Positions 28,258 to 37,659 of a DNA stretch of 64,000 nt are shown one piece after another. The position numbers and the translations under genes are program-made. Numbering within the stretch: the first letter of the stretch is position 1; every line of letters starts with the position of its first letter. The notes under the pieces were generated by a model. It did no database searches. It had not been told where the DNA came from and saw only the letters and a program-made list of their open reading frames with translations. Origin of the DNA: an uncultured Actinomycetes bacterium (lineage in GTDB: Bacteria > Actinomycetota > UBA4738 > JACQTL01); assembly GCA_963707645.1 (NCBI GenBank), contig CAVPQW010000008.1, positions 3,547-67,546 on the forward strand, in the 5' to 3' direction.

Positions 28258-29394
28258 ATGCATCGAACCGGGCTGCGGTTGGGAGCACCGATCGCTGTCG
28301 TCGTCCTACTGGCCTCGGGAGTGCTCGGGTCGGCATCCTTGTCTGCTGCCGGACGGGGCCCTGTCGTGCCTGACGGCTTCCGGGCGCAGGCGATCAACTT
28401 CGTCTCGGCCGACCACGGGTGGCTCCTCGGAACCCGGCCGTGCGGTGATGCCAAGTGCACGCTCGTCCTGCGCACGACGGACGGCGGCGACACCTGGAAC
28501 AAGGTGGGCCGGATCCACGCACCTCTCACCTACGACAAGATCGGCGGCGTCACGGAGGTCCGGTTCGCCGACGACCTGCACGGGTGGGCCTTCGGGCCGT
28601 CGTTGTGGTCGACGGTCGATGGCGGCGCGACGTGGACCAAGGAGACGATCCCCGGCGGCGGCAACCTTCTTCCGGTGCTTGCCGCCGGTCCTCTGGCGGT
28701 CTACGGGCTGGTCTCGCAGTGCGAGCTGAACCAGGCACCGGGGACGTGCGACCCGGCCACGCTCTGGAAGACGACCCCTGGCGCCGGCACCTGGTCCCAG
28801 GTCTCGGTGAAGCTGAAGGCCGGCCTCGTCACGAACGCGGCCCGCATGGTCGTGCACGGCGAGGTCGCCTACCTCGTGGTGCCGACCGAGACCGACCCCG
28901 ACGTCATCCGGGTCACGACCGACGGCGTTCATTGGACAGGACGGACGGATCCCTGCAGCAAGGGCGCCGACGAGCGGTTGGTCGAGGTCACGGCGCTTTC
29001 CGATACGGGGGTCGCGTTCCTCTGTATCGGCGATCCCGGATTCGGCCACTCGACCAAACGGGTGTTCCGTTCGAACGACACGGGGCACACGATGAAGACG
29101 TTCGGCTCCGTTCCCCGGGAGGGAATCGTCTCGCAGATGGCCGCCTCGCCGGGCGGTCGCCTGGTGATGACCTCGTGGGGCGCGCCGGGGAGCTGGATCT
29201 ACCGCAGCAACGCGGGGCATCCCTGGACGACGCCGCTGGCGCTCGAGGACCAGGGAACCGGCTGGAACGACGTCGTCATGACCACCAACAAGGTCGGGTT
29301 CGTCGTGCATGGCCCGGCCGCGCTGTTCCCGGGCAACCGACCCGGCCAGCTCGGCATGACGACGGACGGTGGAGCGACCTGGAATCCGGTCTGA
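28258..29394 (+). CDS. Secreted BNR/Asp-box repeat beta-propeller protein (Ycf48/sialidase-like fold)
   Basis: ATG 28258 with GGAGGTGGAG RBS, inside ORF 28027..29394. Signal peptide, plus Asp-boxes TTDGGDTW, STVDGGATW and TTDGGATW. Confidence 0.75.
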   Translation: MHRTGLRLGAPIAVVVLLASGVLGSASLSAAGRGPVVPDGFRAQAINFVSADHGWLLGTRPCGDAKCTLVLRTTDGGDTWNKVGRIHAPLTYDKIGGVTEVRFADDLHGWAFGPSLWSTVDGGATWTKETIPGGGNLLPVLAAGPLAVYGLVSQCELNQAPGTCDPATLWKTTPGAGTWSQVSVKLKAGLVTNAARMVVHGEVAYLVVPTETDPDVIRVTTDGVHWTGRTDPCSKGADERLVEVTALSDTGVAFLCIGDPGFGHSTKRVFRSNDTGHTMKTFGSVPREGIVSQMAASPGGRLVMTSWGAPGSWIYRSNAGHPWTTPLALEDQGTGWNDVVMTTNKVGFVVHGPAALFPGNRPGQLGMTTDGGATWNPV

Positions 29395-29402
29395 CGCGCG
29401 AC

Positions 29403-30176
29403 TCAGCTCGGTCGGACGCCGGAGCCGAGGCGGCCTGCTCCGAGCTCGCGGGAGAGGCCGCGTGCGGCCTCCTTCACCGCTGCGACCATCTCCTGGTCGG
29501 GGCCCGAGGGCATCAGGCGCTCGACGGCGCCGGTGACGCCGATCGCGCCGACGGCCAGGCCGCGGTGGTCGAACACGGCCGCGGCAATGCCGCCCTCGCC
29601 GACGATCGCCTCCTGGTCGTCGACCGCGACGCCGGCCGTTCGGACCCGCTTGAGCTCCGCGTCGAGGGAGCGCTTCAGCGTCACCGTGTTGCCGGTGAGG
29701 CGGGGGAGCGGGCCGCGTTCGAGCTCGGCGAGGCGGTCGGGTTCGGCGTGGGCCGCGATGGCCTTGCCGATCGCGCAGGCGTGCCACGGGATGGCGGCGC
29801 CGACCTCCAGGATCTGCACGGAGTTGTCCGGCCGGAACACGTGATGGACGATCAGGACGTTCTGGCCGGTGAGGACCCCGACCCGCACCGACTCCTGGGT
29901 GCGCCCGGCCAGCGACTCGGCCCACCGCATCGAGCGCGCACGGACCTCGTGGCCGTCGAGGTAGGCGTTCCCCAGCTGGAGGAGCGCGGGCCCCAGGCGG
30001 TACTTGCCGGTCTCGAGGTCCTGCTCCACCAGGCCGTGGAGCTCGAGCGCGCGGAGCAGGCCGTAGACGGTCGCCTTGGCCAGGCCGATGCGGGCCGAGA
30101 GCTCGGTGACCCCCAGGCGGGAGCCCTCGCCCAGGACCTCGAGGATCGTGGCGGCTCGTTCCACGGACTGGATCAC
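29403..30176 (-). CDS. IclR family transcriptional regulator
   Basis: 257 aa. MIQSVERAATILEVLGEGSRLGVTELSARIGLAKATVYGLLRALELHGLVEQD (wHTH) plus an IclR effector domain. Confidence 0.9.
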   Translation of the reverse strand: MIQSVERAATILEVLGEGSRLGVTELSARIGLAKATVYGLLRALELHGLVEQDLETGKYRLGPALLQLGNAYLDGHEVRARSMRWAESLAGRTQESVRVGVLTGQNVLIVHHVFRPDNSVQILEVGAAIPWHACAIGKAIAAHAEPDRLAELERGPLPRLTGNTVTLKRSLDAELKRVRTAGVAVDDQEAIVGEGGIAAAVFDHRGLAVGAIGVTGAVERLMPSGPDQEMVAAVKEAARGLSRELGAGRLGSGVRPS

Positions 30177-30189
30177 GCTTCGGCCTCGA

Positions 30190-30219
30190 TTCGGTATTGC
30201 CGAACAGGATTCGGTATCG
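30190..30219. promoter_or_regulatory. Operator: 17-bp inverted repeat TTCGGTATTGCCGAACA plus extra half-site TTCGGTA
   Basis: It lies between iclR (start 30176, -) and dhaM (start 30239, +), and overlaps a TTGCCG-N17-TAGACT promoter (30197-30225). A nearly identical element occurs at 37553-37582. Confidence 0.55.
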
Positions 30220-30238
30220 TAGACTACGGCCCGAGCCG

Positions 30239-30619
30239 ATGGTGGGGATTGTACTCGTGTCGCACAGCGCCAAACTGGCCGAAGGGTTGGCCGAGCTGCT
30301 GGCGCAGGTCGCCTCGGAGGAACTCCCCGTGGCCGTCTCCGGCGGAACCTCGGACGGACGGCTCGGCACCGATCCCGACCGCATCCGCGAGGCCGTGGCC
30401 GAGGTCGATCAGGGCGAAGGCGTCGTGGTGATCCCCGACCTGGGGAGCGCGGTGCTCGCGGTGAAGTCGGTGCTCGAGTTCCTCGACGGTGAAGTCGTGC
30501 TGGTGGATGCTCCCTTCGTGGAAGGGGCCGTCTCCGCCGCCGTCATCGCGTCCACCGGCGCGCCGCTCGACGCGGTCGCCGACGCAGCGAGGCAGGCGAG
30601 GGATGTCGCCAAGCTCTGA
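30239..30619 (+). CDS. dhaM: Dihydroxyacetone kinase phosphotransfer subunit DhaM (PTS EIIA-Man-like domain only)
   Basis: ATG 30239 inside ORF 30197..30619. MVGIVLVSHSAKLAEGLAELLAQV...GVVVIPDLGSAVL is typical of the EIIA(Man)/DhaM N-domain with the phospho-His in VSHS. Confidence 0.8.
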   Translation: MVGIVLVSHSAKLAEGLAELLAQVASEELPVAVSGGTSDGRLGTDPDRIREAVAEVDQGEGVVVIPDLGSAVLAVKSVLEFLDGEVVLVDAPFVEGAVSAAVIASTGAPLDAVADAARQARDVAKL

Positions 30620-30884
30620 GGTGGAGACCGTGGCCGTCCGGACCGTCGTGCTTCCGGTCGACCTCCACGCGCGCCCCGCGGGCCGGTTCACGCAGGAAGC
30701 CGCGCGCCACTCCGCCCAGGTGACCGTCGCCGCCGGTGAGAAGGAGGTCGACGCGCGCAGTGTCCTCCTGGTGATGGCGCTCGGCGCGATCGCCGGCACG
30801 GAGATCACGATCCGCGCAACCGGCGACGACGCAGATCAGGCCGCGGACGCTCTCGCGGAGCTCCTGGCGAACGTCGAGGAGTAG
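30603..30884 (+). CDS. ptsH: Phosphocarrier protein HPr
   Basis: Tail of ORF 30489..30884. VRTVVLPVDLHARPAGRFTQEA (His-15 motif) and ARSVLLVMALGA. The start may instead be GTG 30621 or 30630, preceded by GAGGTGGAG. Confidence 0.8.
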   Translation: MSPSSEVETVAVRTVVLPVDLHARPAGRFTQEAARHSAQVTVAAGEKEVDARSVLLVMALGAIAGTEITIRATGDDADQAADALAELLANVEE

Positions 30885-30991
30885 CTCCAAGCGTTATCAC
30901 GCTCGCGTGGGCCAGTGTCCCCGGCCCCAGGAGGCTATGGCGTCGTCGCACCTTCTTGCATTGGCCCAGCTGATCGGCCCACCATGCCGGG

Positions 30992-32296
30992 GTGAATCGG
31001 CCCGAGACCACCTACGCATGGAACGAGGGGGTGGCGATCGCCTATCAGGTCGTCGGCTCCGGTCCCGACCTCCTGTTCGCGCCGGGATCCGTCACCCATA
31101 TCGAGGCCGTGTGGGAGGAGCCGCGGGTGAACCGGTTCCTCACGCGCCTGTCGGGGTTCTCCCGGTTGATCCTGATGGACCCTCGGGGACTGGGCCTGTC
31201 GGATCGGCTGACGGCCGTTCCCACGATGGACGAACGGGTGCTCGACATGTTGTCGGTGCTCGACGCGGCGGAGAGCTCCAGGGCGGTGCTCTTCGGGAAC
31301 GCCGACACCGGGCCGCCGTGCATCGCGGCGGCCGTTGCGCATTCGGAGCGGGTCGAGGGGCTGATCCTGTGCGGGACGTACGCAAAGGCGTCGTGGAGCG
31401 AGGAGGAATGGGCGGAGTTCCGCGCAGGGGTCCAGGCCCGTTGGGGGTCGTACTCCGGATTCGAGGAGGTCGCGCCGTCGCGGGTCGGCGACGAATCGTT
31501 CCGGCAGTGGTACTCGCAGCTGATGCGCGCCGGGGCGAGCCCGACCGCGGTCCTGCTCCTTGGCGAGATGACCAGGGAGGTCGACGTCCGGGCGCTCCTG
31601 CCGCAGGTGGCCGTCCCCACGCTGGTGATGCACCGGAGCGGCGATCGTTTGAACCCCGCCGGCCTCGGGCGGGACCTGGCGGAGCGGATCCCGGGCGCGC
31701 GGTGGGTGGAACTGCCGGGCGACGACTTCGTGCTCTGGGCCGGTGACCTGGACGCGCTCGCCGACGAGATCGAGGAGTTCGTGACCGGCCGCCGGGACGG
31801 AGCCGAGCCCACCCGGGTCGTGGCCACGGTCATGTTCACGGACGTGGTGGGCTCCACCGAGCGCGCCCGTGAGCTCGGGGATCGTGCCTGGGCCGATCTG
31901 CTGGAGACGCACAACGCGAGGGTCCGGGCCGAGTTGCGCCGGTTCGGCGGCCGAGAGATCGACACGGCAGGCGACGGTTTCCTGGCGTCGTTCGACTCGC
32001 CGACGGGGGCGATCCGTTGCGCCCGGGCAGTCACCGCGACGGTGGGCGAGATCGGAGTCGATATCCGGATCGGGCTGCACACCGGCGAGTGCGAGGTGGT
32101 GGGCGACAAGCTGCGAGGCATCGCCGTGCACATCGGCGCCCGGGTGGCGTCCCTGGCGAGGCCCGGAGAGGTGCTCGTCTCGAACACCGTCAAGGATCTG
32201 GTGGCGGGATCCGGCATCGAGTTCGAGGACCGCGGGCTGCATGAGCTGAAAGGCGTGCCCGGCGAGTGGCGCCTGTTCGCCGTGGCCCCGGTGTAG
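30992..32296 (+). CDS. Alpha/beta-hydrolase domain fused to class III adenylate/guanylate cyclase
   Basis: 434 aa. The N-terminal half is hydrolase-like (LILMDPRGLGLSD, FGNADTGP). The C-terminal half is VATVMFTDVVGSTERARELGD...FGGREIDTAGDGFLASF...RIGLHTGECEV...GIAVHIGARV, the cyclase catalytic motifs. Confidence 0.85.
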   Translation: MNRPETTYAWNEGVAIAYQVVGSGPDLLFAPGSVTHIEAVWEEPRVNRFLTRLSGFSRLILMDPRGLGLSDRLTAVPTMDERVLDMLSVLDAAESSRAVLFGNADTGPPCIAAAVAHSERVEGLILCGTYAKASWSEEEWAEFRAGVQARWGSYSGFEEVAPSRVGDESFRQWYSQLMRAGASPTAVLLLGEMTREVDVRALLPQVAVPTLVMHRSGDRLNPAGLGRDLAERIPGARWVELPGDDFVLWAGDLDALADEIEEFVTGRRDGAEPTRVVATVMFTDVVGSTERARELGDRAWADLLETHNARVRAELRRFGGREIDTAGDGFLASFDSPTGAIRCARAVTATVGEIGVDIRIGLHTGECEVVGDKLRGIAVHIGARVASLARPGEVLVSNTVKDLVAGSGIEFEDRGLHELKGVPGEWRLFAVAPV

Positions 32297-32428
32297 GCGC
32301 TCAGCAGGTATGCACTCCATCGGCGCCGATCGCCTCGAGGGTCCCATTCGCCGACCAGGGCTCGAGCCGACGGAGCGCTTCCTCCGCGGTGGGTCGGTTC
32401 ATCCCATCAGATCCTTCGTTCGGGAAGG

Positions 32429-32935
32429 TCAGGACGCTGGCGGAATCTCGATGACGCGGCCGGTGACGTCGCCGTAGTCCCAGACGTCGAGGCCCGGCGG
32501 TTCGATGCCGAGCGTCGTGATGGCCGTGCAGACCTGGCTTCGGTGCTCGGTTCCGTGCATCAGTGCCTGGGCGAGCCGGATGCCGACCGACGCGTCGCGC
32601 TCGTAGCCGCCGCTGTCCACGTCCTTCACGACAGCGTCGGGATCGAGGGGCCCGGCGAGGAGCTCGGTCCAGGCTCGTTCGTCCGCCTCCATCGCAGTTC
32701 GGAGCTCCACGAGGTCCATGTGGTCCTCGTCGAGGTTCCACACGGGGTCGCCGGTCAGATGGAAGAGGTAGTACGAATCCCCTCCGACGACGTGGCGCAC
32801 GGTGTCGAGGATCGAGCCGTACGTGCCGGGGACGGCGGTCTCCAGCTGCTCGTCGGTGAGCGCGAGGCAGGCGTCGATCAGCCGGAGCGATGCCCAGACG
32901 TGATGCGCGAACGCTTCGTCGAGAAGGGAGCTCAT
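32429..32935 (-). CDS. DinB family (DinB_2/mycothiol-dependent-like) protein
   Basis: 168 aa. AFAHHVWASLRLIDACLALTDEQL...SILDTVRHVVGGDSYY...LMHGTEHRSQV shows the His-triad pattern of DinB-fold proteins. Confidence 0.75.
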   Translation of the reverse strand: MSSLLDEAFAHHVWASLRLIDACLALTDEQLETAVPGTYGSILDTVRHVVGGDSYYLFHLTGDPVWNLDEDHMDLVELRTAMEADERAWTELLAGPLDPDAVVKDVDSGGYERDASVGIRLAQALMHGTEHRSQVCTAITTLGIEPPGLDVWDYGDVTGRVIEIPPAS

Positions 32936-32960
32936 CAGCGCCGAGGATAGTCCGGCAAGG

Positions 32961-34683
32961 TCAGGCGAGCTCGGGGAAGGCCTTCTCGCGAACGAGGTCC
33001 CAGACCGCTTCCACGGAATCCAGGCGCATCGCGGTCTTGGCGACCTGGCGGCAGCTCTCGGCCTCCAGGCGGCGGACGCGGGCTCGGACCTCGTCCACGC
33101 GGGACGGCGACACGCTCACCGAGCTCACCCCGATCCCGACCAGCAGGGGGAGCACCGAGCGGATCGCCGGCGGCCTCACCGCACACGCCGACGGGCTTGC
33201 CGTTCGTTCGGCCGGCGCGCACCACGCGGTTGATCAGCGTGATCACCGTGGGGTGCGCGGCCAGCGCCGGACGCGCGCCGGGGTCGCGTCGGTGCACGCC
33301 GAGCACGCGTTCGGTGAGATCGTTCGTTCCGATCGACAGGAAGTCGACCTGGTTCGCCATGCGCTCCGCGAGCAGGGCGGCCGAGGGGACCTCGACCATG
33401 ACGCCGAGCTCGGGTTGGGCGACGCCCCCGTCGCCGACCGCCTCCAGCGCGCGGTCGAGCTCCTCGCGCGCGAGGCGGACCTCGCGGAGCGAGGTCACCA
33501 TCGGGACCAGGATCCGCAGGCGGGTTCCGGTGCCGGCGCGGAGGGCGGCGCGGAGCTGCGACCCGAGCGCGTCCGGGGTTCGAAGCAGCGGTGGAAGCCC
33601 GCGCGCCTGGCCCTCCGAGCCGTCCTGGGCCACCGTGAGGAACGGCGGCACCTTGTCCCCGCCGAAGTCGAGCACGCGCACGGTCGCCACCCTCCCCGAG
33701 AGCTGCGACAGGATCGGCCGGAGCATCCGGCGGTGCGCTTCCTCGTCGGGCCAGCTCGACGCATCGAGGAACGGCAGCTCGGTGCGGAGCAGGCCGACGC
33801 CGTCCGCTCCGGCCTCGAGCCCCGCGCGGGTCTCGGCCGCCGTGGCCACGTTGCACAGGAGCGCGACCGCGACCCCGTCGGCCGTCTCGCTCGGGAGTCC
33901 GCGTTCCGAGGCGAGCGCCGTCTTGCGGCGAGCCGCGGATTCCATGGCGGTGCGGGCGGCCGACAGCTCGGTGTCGTTCGGCGTCACCGTCACCGAGCCG
34001 GAATCCCCGTCGACCACGAGCGACGTTCCCTCGCCGACCCGCAGAAGGTCCGCGTCGACACCGAGCACCAGCGGAAGGCCGAGCGAGCGCGCCACGATCG
34101 CGGCGTGGGCGTTCGGTCCGCCCCGGACGGCCGCCGCGGCGACGATATCGCCCTCCTCCATGCCGAGGATGTCCGCGGGGCCGAGCTCGTCGGCGACGAG
34201 GATCGCGCCGCCGGAGCCATTGACAGAGCCAGCGGCAGGCGAGCCGCCGGGTGTGAGGTGCGCGACCGCGCGGCGCCCGACCTGGCGGACGTCGGCGGCG
34301 CGTTCGGCCAGCACGGGGTCGCCGATCGCGGCGATGGCGGCCGCATAGCGCTCGGCGGCACGGGTCACCGCTTCCACGGGGGTGCGGCCCTCGTCGGCCT
34401 CCCGGCGGGCCTCGGCCCGCAGGGCCGGGTCGTCCGCGATCAGCGCGCCGATGCCGACGATCTCGGCCTCATCCGCGCGACCCCGGTCGCGGAGCCGTTC
34501 GGCCAGCGCCCGGAGGTCGGCGGCCACGGCGTCGAGCGCCTCATCGACGCGGAGCGCGGCCCGGCGGGGGTCGAGCGGGCTCGTTTCCGCCGGCTGAGCG
34601 GCGACGGGCGCCAGCACCACCGCGTGGCCGGTCGCCACGCCCGGAGAGGCCGGGACCCCCCGGAACACTCGCGACGGGGTCAT
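32961..34683 (-). CDS. ptsI: Phosphoenolpyruvate-protein phosphotransferase (PTS enzyme I); one frameshift near 33175
   Basis: ORF 32935..34683 (VFRGVPASPGVATGHAVV..., RGGPNAHAAIVARSLGLP, FLSIGTNDLT, GVCGEAAGDP). The C-terminus continues in ORF 32961..33179 (PLLVGIGVSSVSVSPSRV...). Confidence 0.9.
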
Positions 34684-34701
34684 GGTGCAAGCCCGCCCGG
34701 C

Positions 34702-35338
34702 TCAGCCGGCCTTGGCGACGCGTTCCAGCGCGGCCAGGATCAGCGCGGTCGAGGTGGCGCCCGGGTCCTGATGGCCGACGCTGCGCGGGCCGAGGTACGA
34801 CGCGCGGCCCTTGCGCGCCTGCAGCGGAACCGTCGCAGCGACGCCCTCCTCCGCGGCCTCGTGGGCGTCGCTCACGGCATCCTCGAACGAGGCGCCCCGC
34901 TTGACGCTGGATTCGTACGCGGCCACCGCCGGCGCGAGCGCGTCGACCATGGTCTTGTCGCCCTCCGAGGCGGCGCCGAGCTGCTGGATCCCCTCGAGCG
35001 CCGCGCGCAGTGCGCCTCCGAAGGCCTCCGGGTCGACCTGGGCCGCGTCGTCGAGCGCCTTGCCGGCCCGCCGGAACGCGGTTCCGTAGAGCGGACCGGA
35101 CGCCCCGCCCACGGTCGACACCAGCGTCGACCCGACGAGCACGAGGAGGGGGCCGGGCGCGAGGCCGTCCCCCGCGCCCTCGGCGAGCTTGCTGGTGACG
35201 GCGGTGAACCCGCGCGACATGTTCACCCCGTGGTCGGCGTCTCCGATGGCCGCGTCGAGCTGGGTGAGGAAGTCGCGCTGATCCTCGATCGAGCGAGCGA
35301 TCTCCTCGACCCAGCTCCGAACGAACGCGGAATCCATC
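34702..35338 (-). CDS. dhaL: Dihydroxyacetone kinase ADP-binding subunit DhaL
   Basis: Tail of ORF 34702..36153. ATG 35338 with GGGGAGG RBS. MDSAFVRSWVEEIARSIEDQRDFLTQLDAAIGDADHGVNM...GGASGPLYG...GDKTMVDAL. Confidence 0.85.
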
Positions 35339-35369
35339 GCGCGAACGACCTCCCCGGCCTCGACCGACC

Positions 35370-36368
35370 CTAGGCGCCCCATCGTAGCGCCGGGGTGTTC
35401 ACCGGGGCGTCCCACAGCTGCGTGAGCTCGTCGTCGAGCTTGGTGAGCGTGATCGAGCAGCCGGCCATGTCCAGGCTGGTCACGTAGTCGCCCACCAGCG
35501 AACGGGCCACGTTGACGCCCTTCGCGGAGAGGATCTTCGCGACCTCGCTGAACACGACATACAGCTCGACGAGCGGCGTCCCGCCCATGCCGTTGACGAA
35601 CACGAGCGCCTCGTCGCCGGAGTCGAACGGGTAGTCGTCGAGGATCGCGTCCATCGACAGCGCCACGAGCTCCGACGCCGGCGCGATCTTGCGGCGCTCC
35701 CGCCCGGGCTCGCCGTGGATGCCCACGCCCAGCTCGATCTCGTCGTCGCCCAGCTCGAACGTCGGCGTTCCGGCGGCCGGCGTGGTGCACGAGGTCAGGG
35801 CGATCCCGAACGAACGCGAGCGCTCGTTCACCTTGCGCGCTACCGCCGCGACCGAGGCCAGGTCGCCGCCCGACTCGGCCAGCGCGCCCGCGACCTTCTC
35901 GACGACCGGCGTCGCGCCGGTGCCGCGGCGGCCGGCGGTCCACAGCGAGTCCTCCACGGCGACGTCGTCGTTGACCAGCACGGATTCGACCTTGATTCCC
36001 TCGTCGCCGGCGAGCTCCGCCGCGAGCTGGAAGTTCATGACGTCGCCCGTGTAGTTCTTCACGATGTGGACGACGCCGGCGCCCGCGTCGACGCCCTTGG
36101 TGGCGGCGAGCATCTGGTCCGGAACCGGCGAGGTGAACACCGCGCCGGGGCACGCCGCGTCGAGCATGCCGTACCCGACGAACCCGCCGTGCATCGGCTC
36201 GTGCCCCGCGCCGCCGCCCGAGATCAGGCCGACCTTGCCGGCGACCGGCGCGTCGGCCCGGTAGACGACCTGGCCTTCGACGTCCACGCGCAGCGACGGA
36301 TGCGCCGCCGCCATGCCCCGCAGCGCGTCGGTGACGACGTCCTCGGGAGCGTTGATGAGCTTCTTCAT
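35370..36368 (-). CDS. dhaK: Dihydroxyacetone kinase substrate-binding subunit DhaK
   Basis: 332 aa. [12 protein letters not shown]...[19 protein letters not shown]...[11 protein letters not shown]...GVGIHGEPG. Confidence 0.95.
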   Translation of the reverse strand: MKKLINAPEDVVTDALRGMAAAHPSLRVDVEGQVVYRADAPVAGKVGLISGGGAGHEPMHGGFVGYGMLDAACPGAVFTSPVPDQMLAATKGVDAGAGVVHIVKNYTGDVMNFQLAAELAGDEGIKVESVLVNDDVAVEDSLWTAGRRGTGATPVVEKVAGALAESGGDLASVAAVARKVNERSRSFGIALTSCTTPAAGTPTFELGDDEIELGVGIHGEPGRERRKIAPASELVALSMDAILDDYPFDSGDEALVFVNGMGGTPLVELYVVFSEVAKILSAKGVNVARSLVGDYVTSLDMAGCSITLTKLDDELTQLWDAPVNTPALRWGA

Positions 36369-36464
36369 CTCGATCCGTCTCCTTCGAATTCGAAGAGGCG
36401 GTCCGCGGGCCGCCCGGAGGCGACCCGCGCCCGCTCGATCATGCTTCGAACGCCCTCGGGCGCG

Positions 36465-37259
36465 CTACGACCCGGCCCCGTCCGCCGCGACCGTGACGTG
36501 GTGCTCGGTCGTGGCTTCCTTCAGCGGGAACTCCGGGATCTGCTCGACCGTGCGCGTCCTGGCGAGCGCCAGGTACAGCCCCGCCGCGGCCGCGCCGCCG
36601 ACGAACTCCCCGATGAGGTACGCGGGGAGCTGGCTCCACGTCACGTCGCCGCCGAACAGCTGCAGGATCAGCATCGGGCCGATCGTCCGCGCGGGGTTGA
36701 TCGAGGCGCCCGTGACCGGGCCGACCACGATGATCGCCGCGAACACCACGAACCCGATCACGATTCCGGCGAAACCGGCCGGCGCCCGCCGGTCGATCAC
36801 GCCGAACACCGTGAACACCAGGATCCCGGTTCCGATGGCCTCCGCGAAGATCGCCCGTCCGTACCCGACCGTGTCGGGATTGAACGCGGCGACGCCGAGC
36901 CCCAGATCCTTCGCGTCGATCCCCAATGTCGCCAGGATCGCGAGCGAGCCGAGCACGGCCCCCAGGGCCTGCGCTCCGACGTAGGCCGGCACGTCCTTCC
37001 AGGGGAACTTGCCGGTGAGCGCCAGGCTCACCGTCACCGCCGGGTTGATGTGGCACCCGGAGATGTGGCCGATCGAGTACACCATCGCGATCACCACCAG
37101 GGCGAACGCGAACGAGATCACGCTGAGCTCCGCCATCGTGAACTGATGGTTGCCCAGGAGCATCAGCGTCGCGGGGACGGACCCCACACCGATGAACACC
37201 AGGAACCCGGTGCCCACGACCTCGGCCAGCAGCTTCTGACCGAACGAGTTCTCCTCCAT
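36465..37259 (-). CDS. glpF: MIP-family glycerol/DHA uptake facilitator (aquaglyceroporin)
   Basis: ATG 37259 inside ORF 36465..37610. LLAEVVGTGFLVFIGVG and two NPA boxes (HINPAVT, SINPART). The upstream part of the ORF is Arg/Gly/Pro-rich junk. Confidence 0.9.
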   Translation of the reverse strand: MEENSFGQKLLAEVVGTGFLVFIGVGSVPATLMLLGNHQFTMAELSVISFAFALVVIAMVYSIGHISGCHINPAVTVSLALTGKFPWKDVPAYVGAQALGAVLGSLAILATLGIDAKDLGLGVAAFNPDTVGYGRAIFAEAIGTGILVFTVFGVIDRRAPAGFAGIVIGFVVFAAIIVVGPVTGASINPARTIGPMLILQLFGGDVTWSQLPAYLIGEFVGGAAAAGLYLALARTRTVEQIPEFPLKEATTEHHVTVAADGAGS

Positions 37260-37552
37260 GAGCCTGCGCGGCGGAGCCGAGGACGGCCCCGCCGGGCGCC
37301 TCACCTCCTTCCCAGCTCCCTGGGACCGCGCCGGGTGCCCGGGCGGCGGGGGAGTGCGGAGAGTCTCGTATGGCGAACCACGGGCTCCGACCTTCGGCGT
37401 GCCTGGAACGACCACTCGCCCCACACGCCGAGGAGTCGGGCCCTCGCCTGACCGTCTCCCCGTCCCATCCGCCGGCTCCTGTCGCCCGGGGCATCGCCCC
37501 GTCCGCCGGTACCCGCCCGTCGCGGGTACTTCGCCGTCGCCACCGTCTCTTG

Positions 37553-37610
37553 TTCGGTAATGACGAACAACGTTCGGTGAACCATAGCGAGGTACTCCGG
37601 GGAATGTCAA
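37553..37610 (-). promoter_or_regulatory. Promoter TTGACA-N18-TATGGT with downstream operator (TTCGGTAATGACGAACA + TTCGGTG) for glpF-dhaKL-ptsI
   Basis: Minus strand: TTGACA (37610-37605), TATGGT (37586-37581). Plus-strand 37553-37569 TTCGGTAATGACGAACA matches the iclR/dhaM operator at 15 of 17 positions, and the extra half-site lies at 37573-37579. Confidence 0.5.
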
Positions 37611-37659
37611 GCGGAATTCGACGAATGAGGTCGACCGGCCGCCCCGGTCCCGGGTTCGG

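Noticed and set aside
32890-37451. Long plus-strand ORFs 32890..35373 (827 aa) and 35715..37451 (578 aa)
   Set aside because: Antisense shadows of ptsI, dhaL, dhaK and glpF, with extreme Arg/Gly/Asp/His content.
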